Shown in pieces: positions 37,729 to 47,317 of a DNA stretch of 57,263 bases. This DNA is from Candidatus Sericytochromatia bacterium (GTDB taxonomy: Bacteria; Cyanobacteriota; Sericytochromatia; S15B-MN24; JAQBPE01). The DNA lies in the NCBI GenBank assembly GCA_040400605.1, contig JBBAPZ010000012.1:1-57263 (forward strand). The letters are read 5' to 3'. How positions within the stretch are numbered: position 1 is the stretch's first letter; the number at the start of each line of letters is the position of its first letter. Both the position numbers and the translations under genes were made by a program. The notes beneath the pieces are model-generated. The model ran no database searches. It was not told the origin of the DNA and saw nothing but the letters and a program-made list of their open reading frames with translations.

Positions 37729-38520
37729 TTAGGGAACGACTTTATTGAGGCCATCGTCGAGGGCTTGTGACATGAGGTCGAGGCTGGCTTGGTGCGCTGC
37801 GCCGAAGTCGTAATTCAGCAATGAAAAATAGGCCTCGATTGCGCTCGCATCCACGTTGAGGATTGAGGCGGCATGGTTGATGATTGGCGCGCGATAGGCT
37901 GGCATCAGGGATTTTGCCTCCGCGAACATCTGTAACAGGTTGTCTTGTTGTTCCATGCGCAAGGAACGCTGGCAGGCCCAGACGGTATGGACGAATGGGG
38001 TGTGCATCATTTGCCACCACGCTTCACCCAAATCCAACTGATAAAGGTTGTCGGGGGCCTGACGTTTGGCGAGGAAGCCTTCGTCACCGATCAACAGCAC
38101 GGCTGGATAGTATGTCAACAGGGTGTCGAGATTCCCTGGTGTTTCAACGTAATTGGCTTCGACGCCAAAGAGTCGTTGCAACATCCAGCGTATCAAAACG
38201 TTGGCGGTGGCGCCGTGCGGGGGGATGGCGATGGTTGTATCGTGAAGTCGGGCAAAGGGTTTGACCGAAAACAGGGTGGCACTGCCCAGTCGTCCCCAGG
38301 AGCTGATCGACAGCGCCGGTGCGAGGGTGTAGCGTTCGCGGTGCGTCAGGTACTCAACCACGGATAAAGGGCCTGCCGCCAATTCCCCGTCTCGCATCCA
38401 TTGGTCGAGTTCGCCGGGCCGTCCGGTGCGAATGCTGAAGCCTCTTGGTGCAGCCAAGCTTTCACGAATCGGATAACCAAGGGGCAAACCGCTGATAAAA
38501 GGCAATTCCCCGATCACCAT
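37729..38520 (-). CDS. MqnA/MqnD-family protein (chorismate dehydratase-like, divergent)
   Basis: Motifs IGELPF..LPL, G.PGEL, SVVEYL, LLIGDEG, DLGEAW...PFV.VWA, LNYDFG. Confidence 0.75.
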   Translation of the reverse strand: MVIGELPFISGLPLGYPIRESLAAPRGFSIRTGRPGELDQWMRDGELAAGPLSVVEYLTHRERYTLAPALSISSWGRLGSATLFSVKPFARLHDTTIAIPPHGATANVLIRWMLQRLFGVEANYVETPGNLDTLLTYYPAVLLIGDEGFLAKRQAPDNLYQLDLGEAWWQMMHTPFVHTVWACQRSLRMEQQDNLLQMFAEAKSLMPAYRAPIINHAASILNVDASAIEAYFSLLNYDFGAAHQASLDLMSQALDDGLNKVVP

Positions 38521-38597
38521 GGCTTTGATCCCACGCTCCTCATCGAACCTGAACCGGCCAATTATACACGTCGTTCGCACGATCGGTCAGGGATTTT

Positions 38598-40421
38598 TCA
38601 TTCACATTCAAAAACTTGCGCTGAAACGGGACGCTGCTTGGGGTTATGCCATAGGAGCTTTACCGCCTTCGCGGAATCCGTTTCGGGAAAGGCCACATAC
38701 TCCCGTTTCCAGTCGTGGCGTACGAGGCGTGGAACAACAGTTCCGAATGGTTTACCGTTCGCTTGTAGCTGGACTTCAAACCAGGTATCCGGTGGCGTAG
38801 GAGAAGTTTTCAGCCAAAAGCCCTTGATGCGCGTGGAATGCGCCAGCGTCAACGTGAGGCTGTTTTGCGCAGTACCTGCTTGGGCGGGGAGCCAGGCGGT
38901 GTTCCAGTCGAGGTCAATCGCTTGACCGGCTGTAAATCCGGCCGCTTCAGAACTGGCGATCGCACCCGTGAAAGGCAGATTTTTGCGAGGCAAGGGTGGA
39001 TTCGGACGCTCGGTGCCCGATACCTGATACGCGGAGCTCTCGACGTAGATGGGGTGTTCATCCAAGGGCCAATGCAGTGGTGTGTTGGCCTGCGTTCGCC
39101 CCTTGGGGTGACCGAGGTTATCATAAATATGCCAGGCGTGGTCAACAGCGGGCGATCGCAAAATCGCGTGTTTGGCAGCGGTTGGATCCGCCGCCCATGC
39201 GACGATGACCTCGGTCCCGTCGTGCCTGCGGCCGTGGGTGCCTCGGATGTCTCGCGTGTGGATCGCACGCAGGGACGTGATCGGCCCCAAGCGCGCCTGA
39301 GCCTGTTGGTAAGCCCAGAAACCACGGGATCGTTGCGTCAGGGTCGCCCAATCAACCAGGCCCATCTGTTGCCACGATGGATTGCACGTGGCGTAATACA
39401 TCACACTCCGGACATCCGTTGCCAGTGCTGTCGCATAAAGCTTGGTGATGTAGTCTGCCTGTGTGATGGGCTCCGCAGCCGTGTAACCGGTTTCCGAGCA
39501 GGTCAGGGGTTTGTTGTAACCTGCCTGCTTCAACACGGCAGCCATGGCGTCTCTCACGTGCTCGAACGCCTGCAGCGCCTTTTCTGAGCCAGGTTTGCCA
39601 TAAGCGTGAAAATCAAGCTGATCAAAATACGGCCCGCCGCCGTGCTCAAGAATCGCTTGAAGGTAATGCGGGTGTCCAAGGCCGCCGACAAGAATCTGCG
39701 ATTGCGGGTCAATCCGTTTCAGCACGATGGATGCAACCTGCAACAGCCGCACATAATCCTTGGCCGAACCTTGCCAGGAACGCCGCGGGTGGGTCGATGC
39801 CTCGTGATCCCCATCCGGATAATCCGGCTCATTCCAGATTTGCCAGTGTTGGATCCGCCCCCGGTAGCGTGTGGCCATGTGCGCCAACGCATATGCCCAC
39901 GTGTTTTTCGGATTGCACGCACCGCCCGCATCCGGCGTATCGGTGCCATTGGCATAGATCGGCTCGTCAAGGCCACGTGGGGGGCTGAAGCGGGCCGTTG
40001 CCTGATCCTTTGTGTTCGTCGCCGCCCATAAAGGTGTATCACTCACCATAGCAACAATGTCCATCCGATGACGCGTGATTTGCCTGACCATATCGTCAAA
40101 ATCTGACAGATGCGGATGCTGGCCCGGCGCTGGCTCATAATGACGCCACAGGACCCCTTCACGACTGACCTGAACGCCCAGTTCGAGATGTTGGGCGATA
40201 CCGCGCTCACGCGTACCGTCCCACGCACCCCGACCGGTACTTTCATTGAATTTGGGGACGTATTGCATGCCAAACAAGCGCTCAGTGGTCACCGGTCGCC
40301 ACGCCTCGGCAACCGGTGCCGCCTGCAACGAGCGCGCAACGCCCCATCCCGATACCATCAACCCACAGGCAACGATCCACCACTTCAAGTGCAAACCCCT
40401 TTTAACCATCTTCAACGCCAT
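38598..40421 (-). CDS. Secreted clan GH-A glycoside hydrolase (GH39/GH5-like) with C-terminal discoidin/CBM32-like domain
   Basis: Signal peptide, WQIWNEPD acid/base motif, FHAYG, CSETG nucleophile motif, ASS...AIDLDWNTAW. Start uncertain. Confidence 0.75.
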   Translation of the reverse strand: MALKMVKRGLHLKWWIVACGLMVSGWGVARSLQAAPVAEAWRPVTTERLFGMQYVPKFNESTGRGAWDGTRERGIAQHLELGVQVSREGVLWRHYEPAPGQHPHLSDFDDMVRQITRHRMDIVAMVSDTPLWAATNTKDQATARFSPPRGLDEPIYANGTDTPDAGGACNPKNTWAYALAHMATRYRGRIQHWQIWNEPDYPDGDHEASTHPRRSWQGSAKDYVRLLQVASIVLKRIDPQSQILVGGLGHPHYLQAILEHGGGPYFDQLDFHAYGKPGSEKALQAFEHVRDAMAAVLKQAGYNKPLTCSETGYTAAEPITQADYITKLYATALATDVRSVMYYATCNPSWQQMGLVDWATLTQRSRGFWAYQQAQARLGPITSLRAIHTRDIRGTHGRRHDGTEVIVAWAADPTAAKHAILRSPAVDHAWHIYDNLGHPKGRTQANTPLHWPLDEHPIYVESSAYQVSGTERPNPPLPRKNLPFTGAIASSEAAGFTAGQAIDLDWNTAWLPAQAGTAQNSLTLTLAHSTRIKGFWLKTSPTPPDTWFEVQLQANGKPFGTVVPRLVRHDWKREYVAFPETDSAKAVKLLWHNPKQRPVSAQVFECE

Positions 40422-40767
40422 CCCCAAACGATTTGGCGGCTGAATCCAAGACCGGTCGCGTCCTGCCTTTTTTCGAATCCAGGGCCTTCGCAACACCGCG
40501 CGATCAAGCCCGCTGTCACATCGTCGTGAAACGGACTCACCCCAAGGGGGTTAGCCCAACATCACTGCGGGTCAAGTCAGCCTTGGGAAACGTCATGCCG
40601 CCAACATGCGTGGTTTAGCGTAACGCCAACGTGCGCCTGCCATGTTCGGTCATACTGACCAAACCGATTGGGCTGTCACAGTCCAAATCGAGCGTCCAAC
40701 GGTTTTTCAGGCGGCTTGCGATATTCTGACGTGTCGGACGGACGCGGAGTGGAAGGCCAAAATCCGC

Positions 40768-42297
40768 TTAAAACTTCTGTTCGACCATCTGGCTATCCAG
40801 TTGTTCCAGGTATTCTTGGGCGACCTCGTAGGAAACGAGGTCTTGGCGAATGGCGTTGAGCACGGCGCTTTTTTCGATGTGCTTGAGCCGTTGACCGATT
40901 TCTTGCAGCACATCATCCCAATGGTCCTGAAATTCGGTCCCGAGCCGTCGCAATTCGCGTTCGGCGCCGGCGATGCTGACCTGGGTGCGTGCGCGCAGGC
41001 GTTCGAAATTGGAATTGGACAAGATACCGGACTCGTACAGGGTGACCAGCTCCTGTTGCACCGCACGGCCGGTGATGAGCCGCAATTGTTCACGCTCGAA
41101 CCGTTGACGCCGTGACGACGGGGTAGCTAGTCCCAAACGGCGGATGACAGGCGCCAAGGTAATGCCTTGAACCAGCAGCGACATCATCACGACGCCAAAC
41201 ACCACGGTGACGAGATCGCGATAGCCGGGCAGCTGCATCGGCAAAGAGGCAGCCAACACCATGGTCAGCGAACCTTTGATATTGCCCAATTGCATCAAGT
41301 GTTGCCAATTAAGGGGTACCTGTTCACGACCAAATCGACCGAGCACCCAAAATACAGGATAGATGAGCGACGCCCGTCCCAGCTGCACCGCGGCAAAGCT
41401 GATGAGAATGACGGGGAGATACTGCACCCACTGGACACTGTTAACGTTCAGGCCAACCAACAAAAATACGACGGTTGTGACACCAAAGCCCGCATACTCC
41501 CAAAACGAGCCAAGGGCCACTTGACTGGACGGTGCCAAGGCGCGACGCCAGCCGTAATTGCCGAGTACCAATCCTGCGGTCACGACAGAAATGACGCCTG
41601 AGGCGTGAAACTCCTCCGCAACGTGATAGCTGCCAAGGGCCAACAAGGTGCTGAGCATGATTTCGGTGAGGTGATCGCGGGTTTGCAGCAAAGCCAAGGA
41701 GGTCAAAATGCCAACCACCCCGCCGATAATGCCACCCGCCACAATCACCCATACGAGATCGAGGGCGCTTTTGAGGGGATCGAAGTGGCCACTTAAAGTC
41801 CAGTTCAATAATAAGCCGAACAAGACCAGGGCCGTGCCATCGTTGAGAAGGCTTTCGCCCTCGATGAGGGTGCCTAAGCGCTGCGGCACCTTCAGTTCTT
41901 TAAAAGCGGCCAGAATGGCCACCGTGTCCGTGATGGACAGCATGTTGCCCATCAGCAGGGCGATCGGCCAATCAAAGCCCAAGGCGACATGTAGCACCAC
42001 GCCGGTTGTGCCGGTCATCACCACGACGCCCACCGTGGATAGCAAAAAAACGGATTCGAACGATCGTCGCAAGAGCGCGACATCAATCCGGATGGCCGTT
42101 TCAAACAACAAAACTGGCAAGAACAGGTGCAAAACAACCGTCGAATCCAGCGCAAGCTGGGGCAGCAATCCCCACGAACCCAGCAAGAACGCCGTGACGA
42201 CCAATCCTGTGGCGTAAGGGATGCCCAAACGCCTGGCGAAAGCACCAACCAGCGAAGCGGTCGCCAACAGTGCCAAAATGGTCGTCAGATTAAGCAA
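40768..42297 (-). CDS. Na+/H+ antiporter, CPA1 (NhaP-like)
   Basis: Multiple TM helices; motifs FLPVLLFE, SITDTVA, IEGESLLNDG, KGSL. TTG 42297 after a G-rich RBS. Confidence 0.93.
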   Translation of the reverse strand: MLNLTTILALLATASLVGAFARRLGIPYATGLVVTAFLLGSWGLLPQLALDSTVVLHLFLPVLLFETAIRIDVALLRRSFESVFLLSTVGVVVMTGTTGVVLHVALGFDWPIALLMGNMLSITDTVAILAAFKELKVPQRLGTLIEGESLLNDGTALVLFGLLLNWTLSGHFDPLKSALDLVWVIVAGGIIGGVVGILTSLALLQTRDHLTEIMLSTLLALGSYHVAEEFHASGVISVVTAGLVLGNYGWRRALAPSSQVALGSFWEYAGFGVTTVVFLLVGLNVNSVQWVQYLPVILISFAAVQLGRASLIYPVFWVLGRFGREQVPLNWQHLMQLGNIKGSLTMVLAASLPMQLPGYRDLVTVVFGVVMMSLLVQGITLAPVIRRLGLATPSSRRQRFEREQLRLITGRAVQQELVTLYESGILSNSNFERLRARTQVSIAGAERELRRLGTEFQDHWDDVLQEIGQRLKHIEKSAVLNAIRQDLVSYEVAQEYLEQLDSQMVEQKF

Positions 42298-42494
42298 CGT
42301 TAAACCCCCCCTCTCAATTCGCAAAAAAAACTGACAAGCTGCCATGGCGCGCCGGTGGCAACAAGCGCGCGATGGGAGACCGGTCTGCGCGCTCAAAATT
42401 CAAGCACGACACTCGGTTCTATCTGGCGATCGCTGTCGCTTTGGCCACACAGGTGATGGTTCAGTTGTCTTAAAACCCGTGATACAATTCAATC

Positions 42495-43340
42495 ATGAAT
42501 TCGGGCTCATCATGCGACAAACCTACCAGTGTATCATCCGAGCGGCCCTCCACGATTTACGGGCCCGTTGATTCGTGGCGCCTTGGGCGATCGCTCGGTG
42601 TGGATTTGCTGTTCCAGTCGTCCATCTGTTCGTTTCGTTGCACCTATTGTCAGTTGGGACGCATCGAGGTTCACACCCGCCAACGTCAGGTATTCGTGAC
42701 AACGGAGCGGGTGCTTGACGATCTGGCCCGTTCGGACTGGCAAAGCGCGGATGTGCTGACGCTGAGCGGCAGTGGCGAACCGACACTGGCGCTTAATTTG
42801 GGCGAGGTCATCGCGGCGCTTAAATTGCGAACCGACAAGCCTGTGATGGTACTCACCAACAGCACCCTGTTGCAGGATCCGGCGGTCAGGGCGGAACTGT
42901 GCTTGGCCGATAAAGTTTTTTGCAAGCTCGACGCAGCGACTGAACGAACGTTTCAGCTCATTGATCGTCCCGTCGATGGTTTGACGCTGGCCGACATCCA
43001 AGATGGTATTCGCCGTTTTCGTGCCGAATACCGGGGGTATTTGGCCATTCAGATGATGTTTACGACCATCAATTTGGCTGAGGTTGAGGCTTTCAGCAAT
43101 TTTCTGCGCGAACTTCAACCCGACGAGGTGCAGCTCAACACGCCGCTAAGACCAGTCCCGCAGGGATGGTATCTTGACGCGCGTGGCAATCACCGTCTGG
43201 AGGACGCGCCATATCCGAGTGTGCCGCTGAAACACCTTGACCAGGACACCGCTTCCGAACTGGTTCGCGCATTGCGTGAAAAAACGGGTCTTAAGGTGGT
43301 ATCGGTGTATCGGGAACCTTTGGAGCAACACCGTGCGTAA
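42495..43340 (+). CDS. Radical SAM protein
   Basis: YGPVDSWRLGRSLGVD, CSFRCTYC (CxxxCxxC), SGSGEPTL, LTNS, KLDA. Confidence 0.9.
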   Translation: MNSGSSCDKPTSVSSERPSTIYGPVDSWRLGRSLGVDLLFQSSICSFRCTYCQLGRIEVHTRQRQVFVTTERVLDDLARSDWQSADVLTLSGSGEPTLALNLGEVIAALKLRTDKPVMVLTNSTLLQDPAVRAELCLADKVFCKLDAATERTFQLIDRPVDGLTLADIQDGIRRFRAEYRGYLAIQMMFTTINLAEVEAFSNFLRELQPDEVQLNTPLRPVPQGWYLDARGNHRLEDAPYPSVPLKHLDQDTASELVRALREKTGLKVVSVYREPLEQHRA

Positions 43341-43611
43341 TGGTGCGCCAAGCTGACATCAGCCGGTTCCTGCAAGCGCGTCCCGGATTTGCCCGAGGCC
43401 GGTTGCCTCATCTGGGCGCCGGCTTTCTTGATCCGGTGATCGGATGCTTCCGCCTTAAAATCACAGCAAATGTGAGCGTAAAAGGTTAAGAAATCAATCG
43501 AGATTGGTAAGATGCTATCAAATTGAAGCAGTCAGCCAACGAAATCGCGCGGGCTGTGTTCCTGATGGTTCAAGATTGGCATCCCACGGTGATAAGAGGA
43601 AGGGTCTTCAA

Positions 43612-44304
43612 ATGGCCGAGAAAATTCTGCTCGTCGACGACGAGGAAATGATTGTCGAATCGATTGAATACGCGCTGTTGCAAGAAGGTTATGAAGTCGC
43701 ACGGGCTTCGAATGGCCAGGAAGCCCTTCAACAAGTGCAGATAACCAAGCCGAACCTGATCGTGCTGGACTTGATGCTGCCGCAGCTCAGTGGTCTGGAA
43801 GTCTGTCGGTTGCTTCGTCGCGAACACAATGACGTTCCCATCATCATGTTGACTGCCAAAGGCGAAGAAATCGATCGCGTGATCGGACTCGAGGTTGGCG
43901 CAGATGATTATTTGATCAAACCGTTCAGTCTGCGAGAACTGGTGGCGCGTATCAAGGCTTTGCTGCGCCGGAGCAAAACCGGGGACACAGACAGCAAACA
44001 GACCAAGGTTTACACTCACCAGGACCTGATGGTGAACCTTTCCGAGCATCGGGTAACAGTTGGGGACCGGGTGGTTGAATTATCACCCAAGGAATTCAAG
44101 ATTCTGGCAATGCTGATGTCGACACCGGGACGTGTCTTCAGTCGGGAAGAACTGTTGGAACAGGTATGGGGCCTTGATTTTTACGGCGACACGAAGACTG
44201 TGGATGTGCACATCCGCTGGTTGCGAGAAAAAATCGAAGCAGACCCCAGCGTCCCACGCTACGTGCAAACCGTCCGCGGCTTCGGGTATCGACTCGGCGC
44301 GTAA
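43612..44304 (+). CDS. OmpR/PhoB-family response regulator (no adjacent histidine kinase)
   Basis: LLVDDE, LDLMLP, LTAK, KPF, and wHTH TVDVHIRWLREKIE..TVRGFGY. Confidence 0.95.
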   Translation: MAEKILLVDDEEMIVESIEYALLQEGYEVARASNGQEALQQVQITKPNLIVLDLMLPQLSGLEVCRLLRREHNDVPIIMLTAKGEEIDRVIGLEVGADDYLIKPFSLRELVARIKALLRRSKTGDTDSKQTKVYTHQDLMVNLSEHRVTVGDRVVELSPKEFKILAMLMSTPGRVFSREELLEQVWGLDFYGDTKTVDVHIRWLREKIEADPSVPRYVQTVRGFGYRLGA

Positions 44305-44326
44305 CGACTCCAGTCGAAGATACGGT

Positions 44327-44361
44327 AGGGCCTGACCAGTCAAGTGTGGTCGGCCCTTTTT
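44327..44361 (+). terminator. Intrinsic terminator after the response regulator
   Basis: AGGGCC(T)GACCA...TGGTCGGCCCT followed by a T run. Confidence 0.7.
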
Positions 44362-44494
44362 ATGTTAACCGGGCTGAAATATGATCGCGATCACAGTCCA
44401 GATCGGTGGAAAGCGTTAACATAATGCGTTAAGATAAGCAAGCGGGATCAGGATTCGTCCGGCGCCGACGCCATCAGAAAGGAACCCACGTCCC

Positions 44495-46495
44495 ATGTCG
44501 CCAGATCGAACGGGTATGCGTCAGGACCTAGACAGAATTGGTCCTTACGAAATTTTATCTGAAATTACCCGTTCGCAAACGGGGCGCGTCTATTTGGCGC
44601 AATCACCCGGTTCCAAGCAGATGTTGGCGATCAAGGAGATGTTGATTGAAGCCGAGTCCGGCCTTTCCGTGGCGGAACAGATTCAACGCTTTGAACGCGA
44701 GTCTGAGATCCACTTGGCATTGAAGCACGCGAACATTGTGCCAGCGATTGATGCCGGCGTGGAGACCGACCCTCGCAGTGGCGTGACGCGTCACTACCTG
44801 GTCATGGCGTATCAGGCCGGTCATTCGTGGCATTCGATGCTGGATGATGAACAGGAGCGCAAGGCATTGACCTTGCCGCGCATTTTGGATCTCGGCGCCC
44901 AATTGTGCAAGGCATTGCACTACATGCACGAGAATGGGGTGTTTCATCGGGACATCAAGCCGAGCAATTTGTTAATCTCGCCCATCGGTCAATTGAAGGT
45001 GACTGATTTTGGTATGGCGCGACGCGCTTTTGGTCCTGGGATCACGCAATCGAAAATGATAATGGGCACATTGAATTACATGGCGCCTGAGCAATTGGTG
45101 GATGCAACGGCAGTCGATGGTCGTTCCGATGTATTTGCAGCGGGTGTGATTCTTTACAAGACACTGACCGGTCAATTACCGTTCGCGGCGAAAAACGCGA
45201 CTGAGGTGGCGCACAACCTGCTGTATGCGGAGCCGCTTTCACCGAAAGCGTTGAACGCCTTGCTCCCCGACTCGTTGTGTGAAAAGTTGTTGAAGGCATT
45301 GAACAAGGATCCGGATTATCGCTATTTGTCGGCGGAAAGTTTGGCGCGCGACATTGAGGCGGAGTTACAGAATCCGCAACTGTATGTGTCGCAAGGCAAG
45401 TTGTATCAGATGGCGTCGAGCCATTCCGAAGCGAGTGCTGCGTTTCAGACGGCATTGAATCTGGACCCGGAGGCCGCGTGTGCGTGGTATGGTCTGGGCG
45501 AATCATTTGAGGCACTGGGTCAGGAAGAGCAGGCGCTGGAGTGTTTTTTAAAGGTGGTATCGCTGGATCCGGTGCGGGTTTCGGCTTATCAGAAGTTGGG
45601 TCACGGGTACTCCCGGCACAACAATGCGCAGGCTGCTTTGAAGATGTTGCAGCGTGCGTGGGTTTTGGATCCCAAGGATCGCGACACGTGTTTTTTGCTT
45701 GCGCAGGCGTATACAGAACTCGAGCAGTTTCAAGAAGCGTGCGATCAGTTCGTGTTGCTGGCCGAGCAATATCCGGAGTGGGCGCAAGCTCATTTTGAAG
45801 TCGGGCGCTTGCGGTATCGGATGGGTCAGACTGAAAAAGCGCTGGCTGCGTTCCGGCAGGCGTGTGCGTTGTCGCCAACGGATCCGGATATGTTGTTTAA
45901 CCTGGCTTCGTTGTACCAAGAACGGGGTGATCTGATCCAGGCACGCAGCAACTACGAGGCTTTGGTTCAATTCAACCCGCATCATGGCCGTGGCCGTCAT
46001 AATCTGGCGTGTTGTCTTCTGGCGCTGGGTTTGCATGCTGAAGCGGAAACGGAAACGCTGCAGACCTTGGAGGTCGAACCGGAGTGGAGTCAGACGTGGT
46101 ACCTGTTGGGTCATATCTATGATGCATCGGGCCGGGGCGCGTTGGCACTCGAAGCCTATCACAAGGCTGTGGACTTTGACGCCGGCAACATGGATGCGTT
46201 GCTGACCTTGGGGCAGGCTTACTTTCGGCAATATCAGCCAAATGCGGCGGCGGATATTTTTGCTAAAGCGACCCAGCACAGTGGGGAGCATCAAGCGCAG
46301 GCGTTTTTCTTTCTGGCGCAGACGCACCGGGTGAGGGGGCGCGCAGACGATGCGATTCAAGCCGTGAATTGTTGCTTGCGCTTGCAACCGGAGCCGGAGT
46401 TGGCGCGTGCGGCACAAGAGCTGTTAAAAGCCTTGGGAGGCAACCGTAGCACGCCGTTTCCGACAAACCGTCCGGATCACCGTCTGGCGCGCTGA
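44495..46495 (+). CDS. Hanks-type Ser/Thr protein kinase with C-terminal TPR array
   Basis: LAIKE, HRDIKPSN, DFG, YMAPE and about ten TPR-like repeats; no TM segment. Confidence 0.93.
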   Translation: MSPDRTGMRQDLDRIGPYEILSEITRSQTGRVYLAQSPGSKQMLAIKEMLIEAESGLSVAEQIQRFERESEIHLALKHANIVPAIDAGVETDPRSGVTRHYLVMAYQAGHSWHSMLDDEQERKALTLPRILDLGAQLCKALHYMHENGVFHRDIKPSNLLISPIGQLKVTDFGMARRAFGPGITQSKMIMGTLNYMAPEQLVDATAVDGRSDVFAAGVILYKTLTGQLPFAAKNATEVAHNLLYAEPLSPKALNALLPDSLCEKLLKALNKDPDYRYLSAESLARDIEAELQNPQLYVSQGKLYQMASSHSEASAAFQTALNLDPEAACAWYGLGESFEALGQEEQALECFLKVVSLDPVRVSAYQKLGHGYSRHNNAQAALKMLQRAWVLDPKDRDTCFLLAQAYTELEQFQEACDQFVLLAEQYPEWAQAHFEVGRLRYRMGQTEKALAAFRQACALSPTDPDMLFNLASLYQERGDLIQARSNYEALVQFNPHHGRGRHNLACCLLALGLHAEAETETLQTLEVEPEWSQTWYLLGHIYDASGRGALALEAYHKAVDFDAGNMDALLTLGQAYFRQYQPNAAADIFAKATQHSGEHQAQAFFFLAQTHRVRGRADDAIQAVNCCLRLQPEPELARAAQELLKALGGNRSTPFPTNRPDHRLAR

Positions 46496-46718
46496 CGGAC
46501 TACACGTTTCGCCCGCCATCTGTCAACGACGCCCTTGAAGCTTGAGTCCTTTAGCGGGGCAGGTATGTCACGGTTTCAACCCATCGAAACCGACACAGGT
46601 GATGGACATACAGCAGGTGACGCGCTGCCCCCCAGAGGTGGTGGTCGCAACCAAAATCGGGTTAACGCCTGAATCGTGTCACAAGCACTGCTTTAGACAA
46701 TCGAGAGGCTGTTCATCC

Positions 46719-46750
46719 TTCACGACCGGTCGAGACAAGCCGGTCGTGAA
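46719..46750. terminator. Hairpin between convergent genes (possible terminator)
   Basis: TTCACGACCGG-N10-CCGGTCGTGAA perfect 11-bp inverted repeat. Confidence 0.55.
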
Positions 46751-46771
46751 CGGTGGTGATTGAAAGTGGGC

Positions 46772-47272
46772 TTAAGGCTGGGTAACAACAGTCGGTTTGA
46801 CGATCGGTAACCCGGCTTCGAGCCAAGCGTTCATCCCGCCCACCAGCACGGCCAACCGACTGAAGCCGTGTTGTGTTCGGAGGGCTTCGGCTGCAGCGAT
46901 CGCTGACGCCTCAGCCGGGCACGTGCAGTACAGCAGGACATAGCGATCCTTCGGCAACGCTGATGAGCGGGTCGCAATCTGGTCCAACGGAAGGCTGAGG
47001 GCTCCCTCAATGTGTTGCGTCGCATAAGATGCTGCTGATCGCACATCCACAACAACAAAACTTTCGCCGGCTTGCTTGCGGGACTGCACGTCAGCCGGTG
47101 ACAACTTCAGGTATGTCCCACCTGCCGGCAAAGGGGCAGCACTGGCCTCGGCGGCTGTCACCGGCGTTTGCGGTACTAACGGTGCCTGACAGGCTGCGAT
47201 ACCGCCAACCAGGACCGTTCCCAAAATCAATCCCAACCATGCCTTGGCCATCATCTTCATCCTCACGTTCAC
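46772..47272 (-). CDS. Rhodanese-domain lipoprotein
   Basis: IAAC lipobox, VVDVRS, HIEGA, YCTCP, LVGGMNAW. Confidence 0.88.
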   Translation of the reverse strand: MNVRMKMMAKAWLGLILGTVLVGGIAACQAPLVPQTPVTAAEASAAPLPAGGTYLKLSPADVQSRKQAGESFVVVDVRSAASYATQHIEGALSLPLDQIATRSSALPKDRYVLLYCTCPAEASAIAAAEALRTQHGFSRLAVLVGGMNAWLEAGLPIVKPTVVTQP

Positions 47273-47317
47273 GAATGCTGCTGGTTATCGGAACCCTTCC
47301 TCAGCCGATGTACCCAT

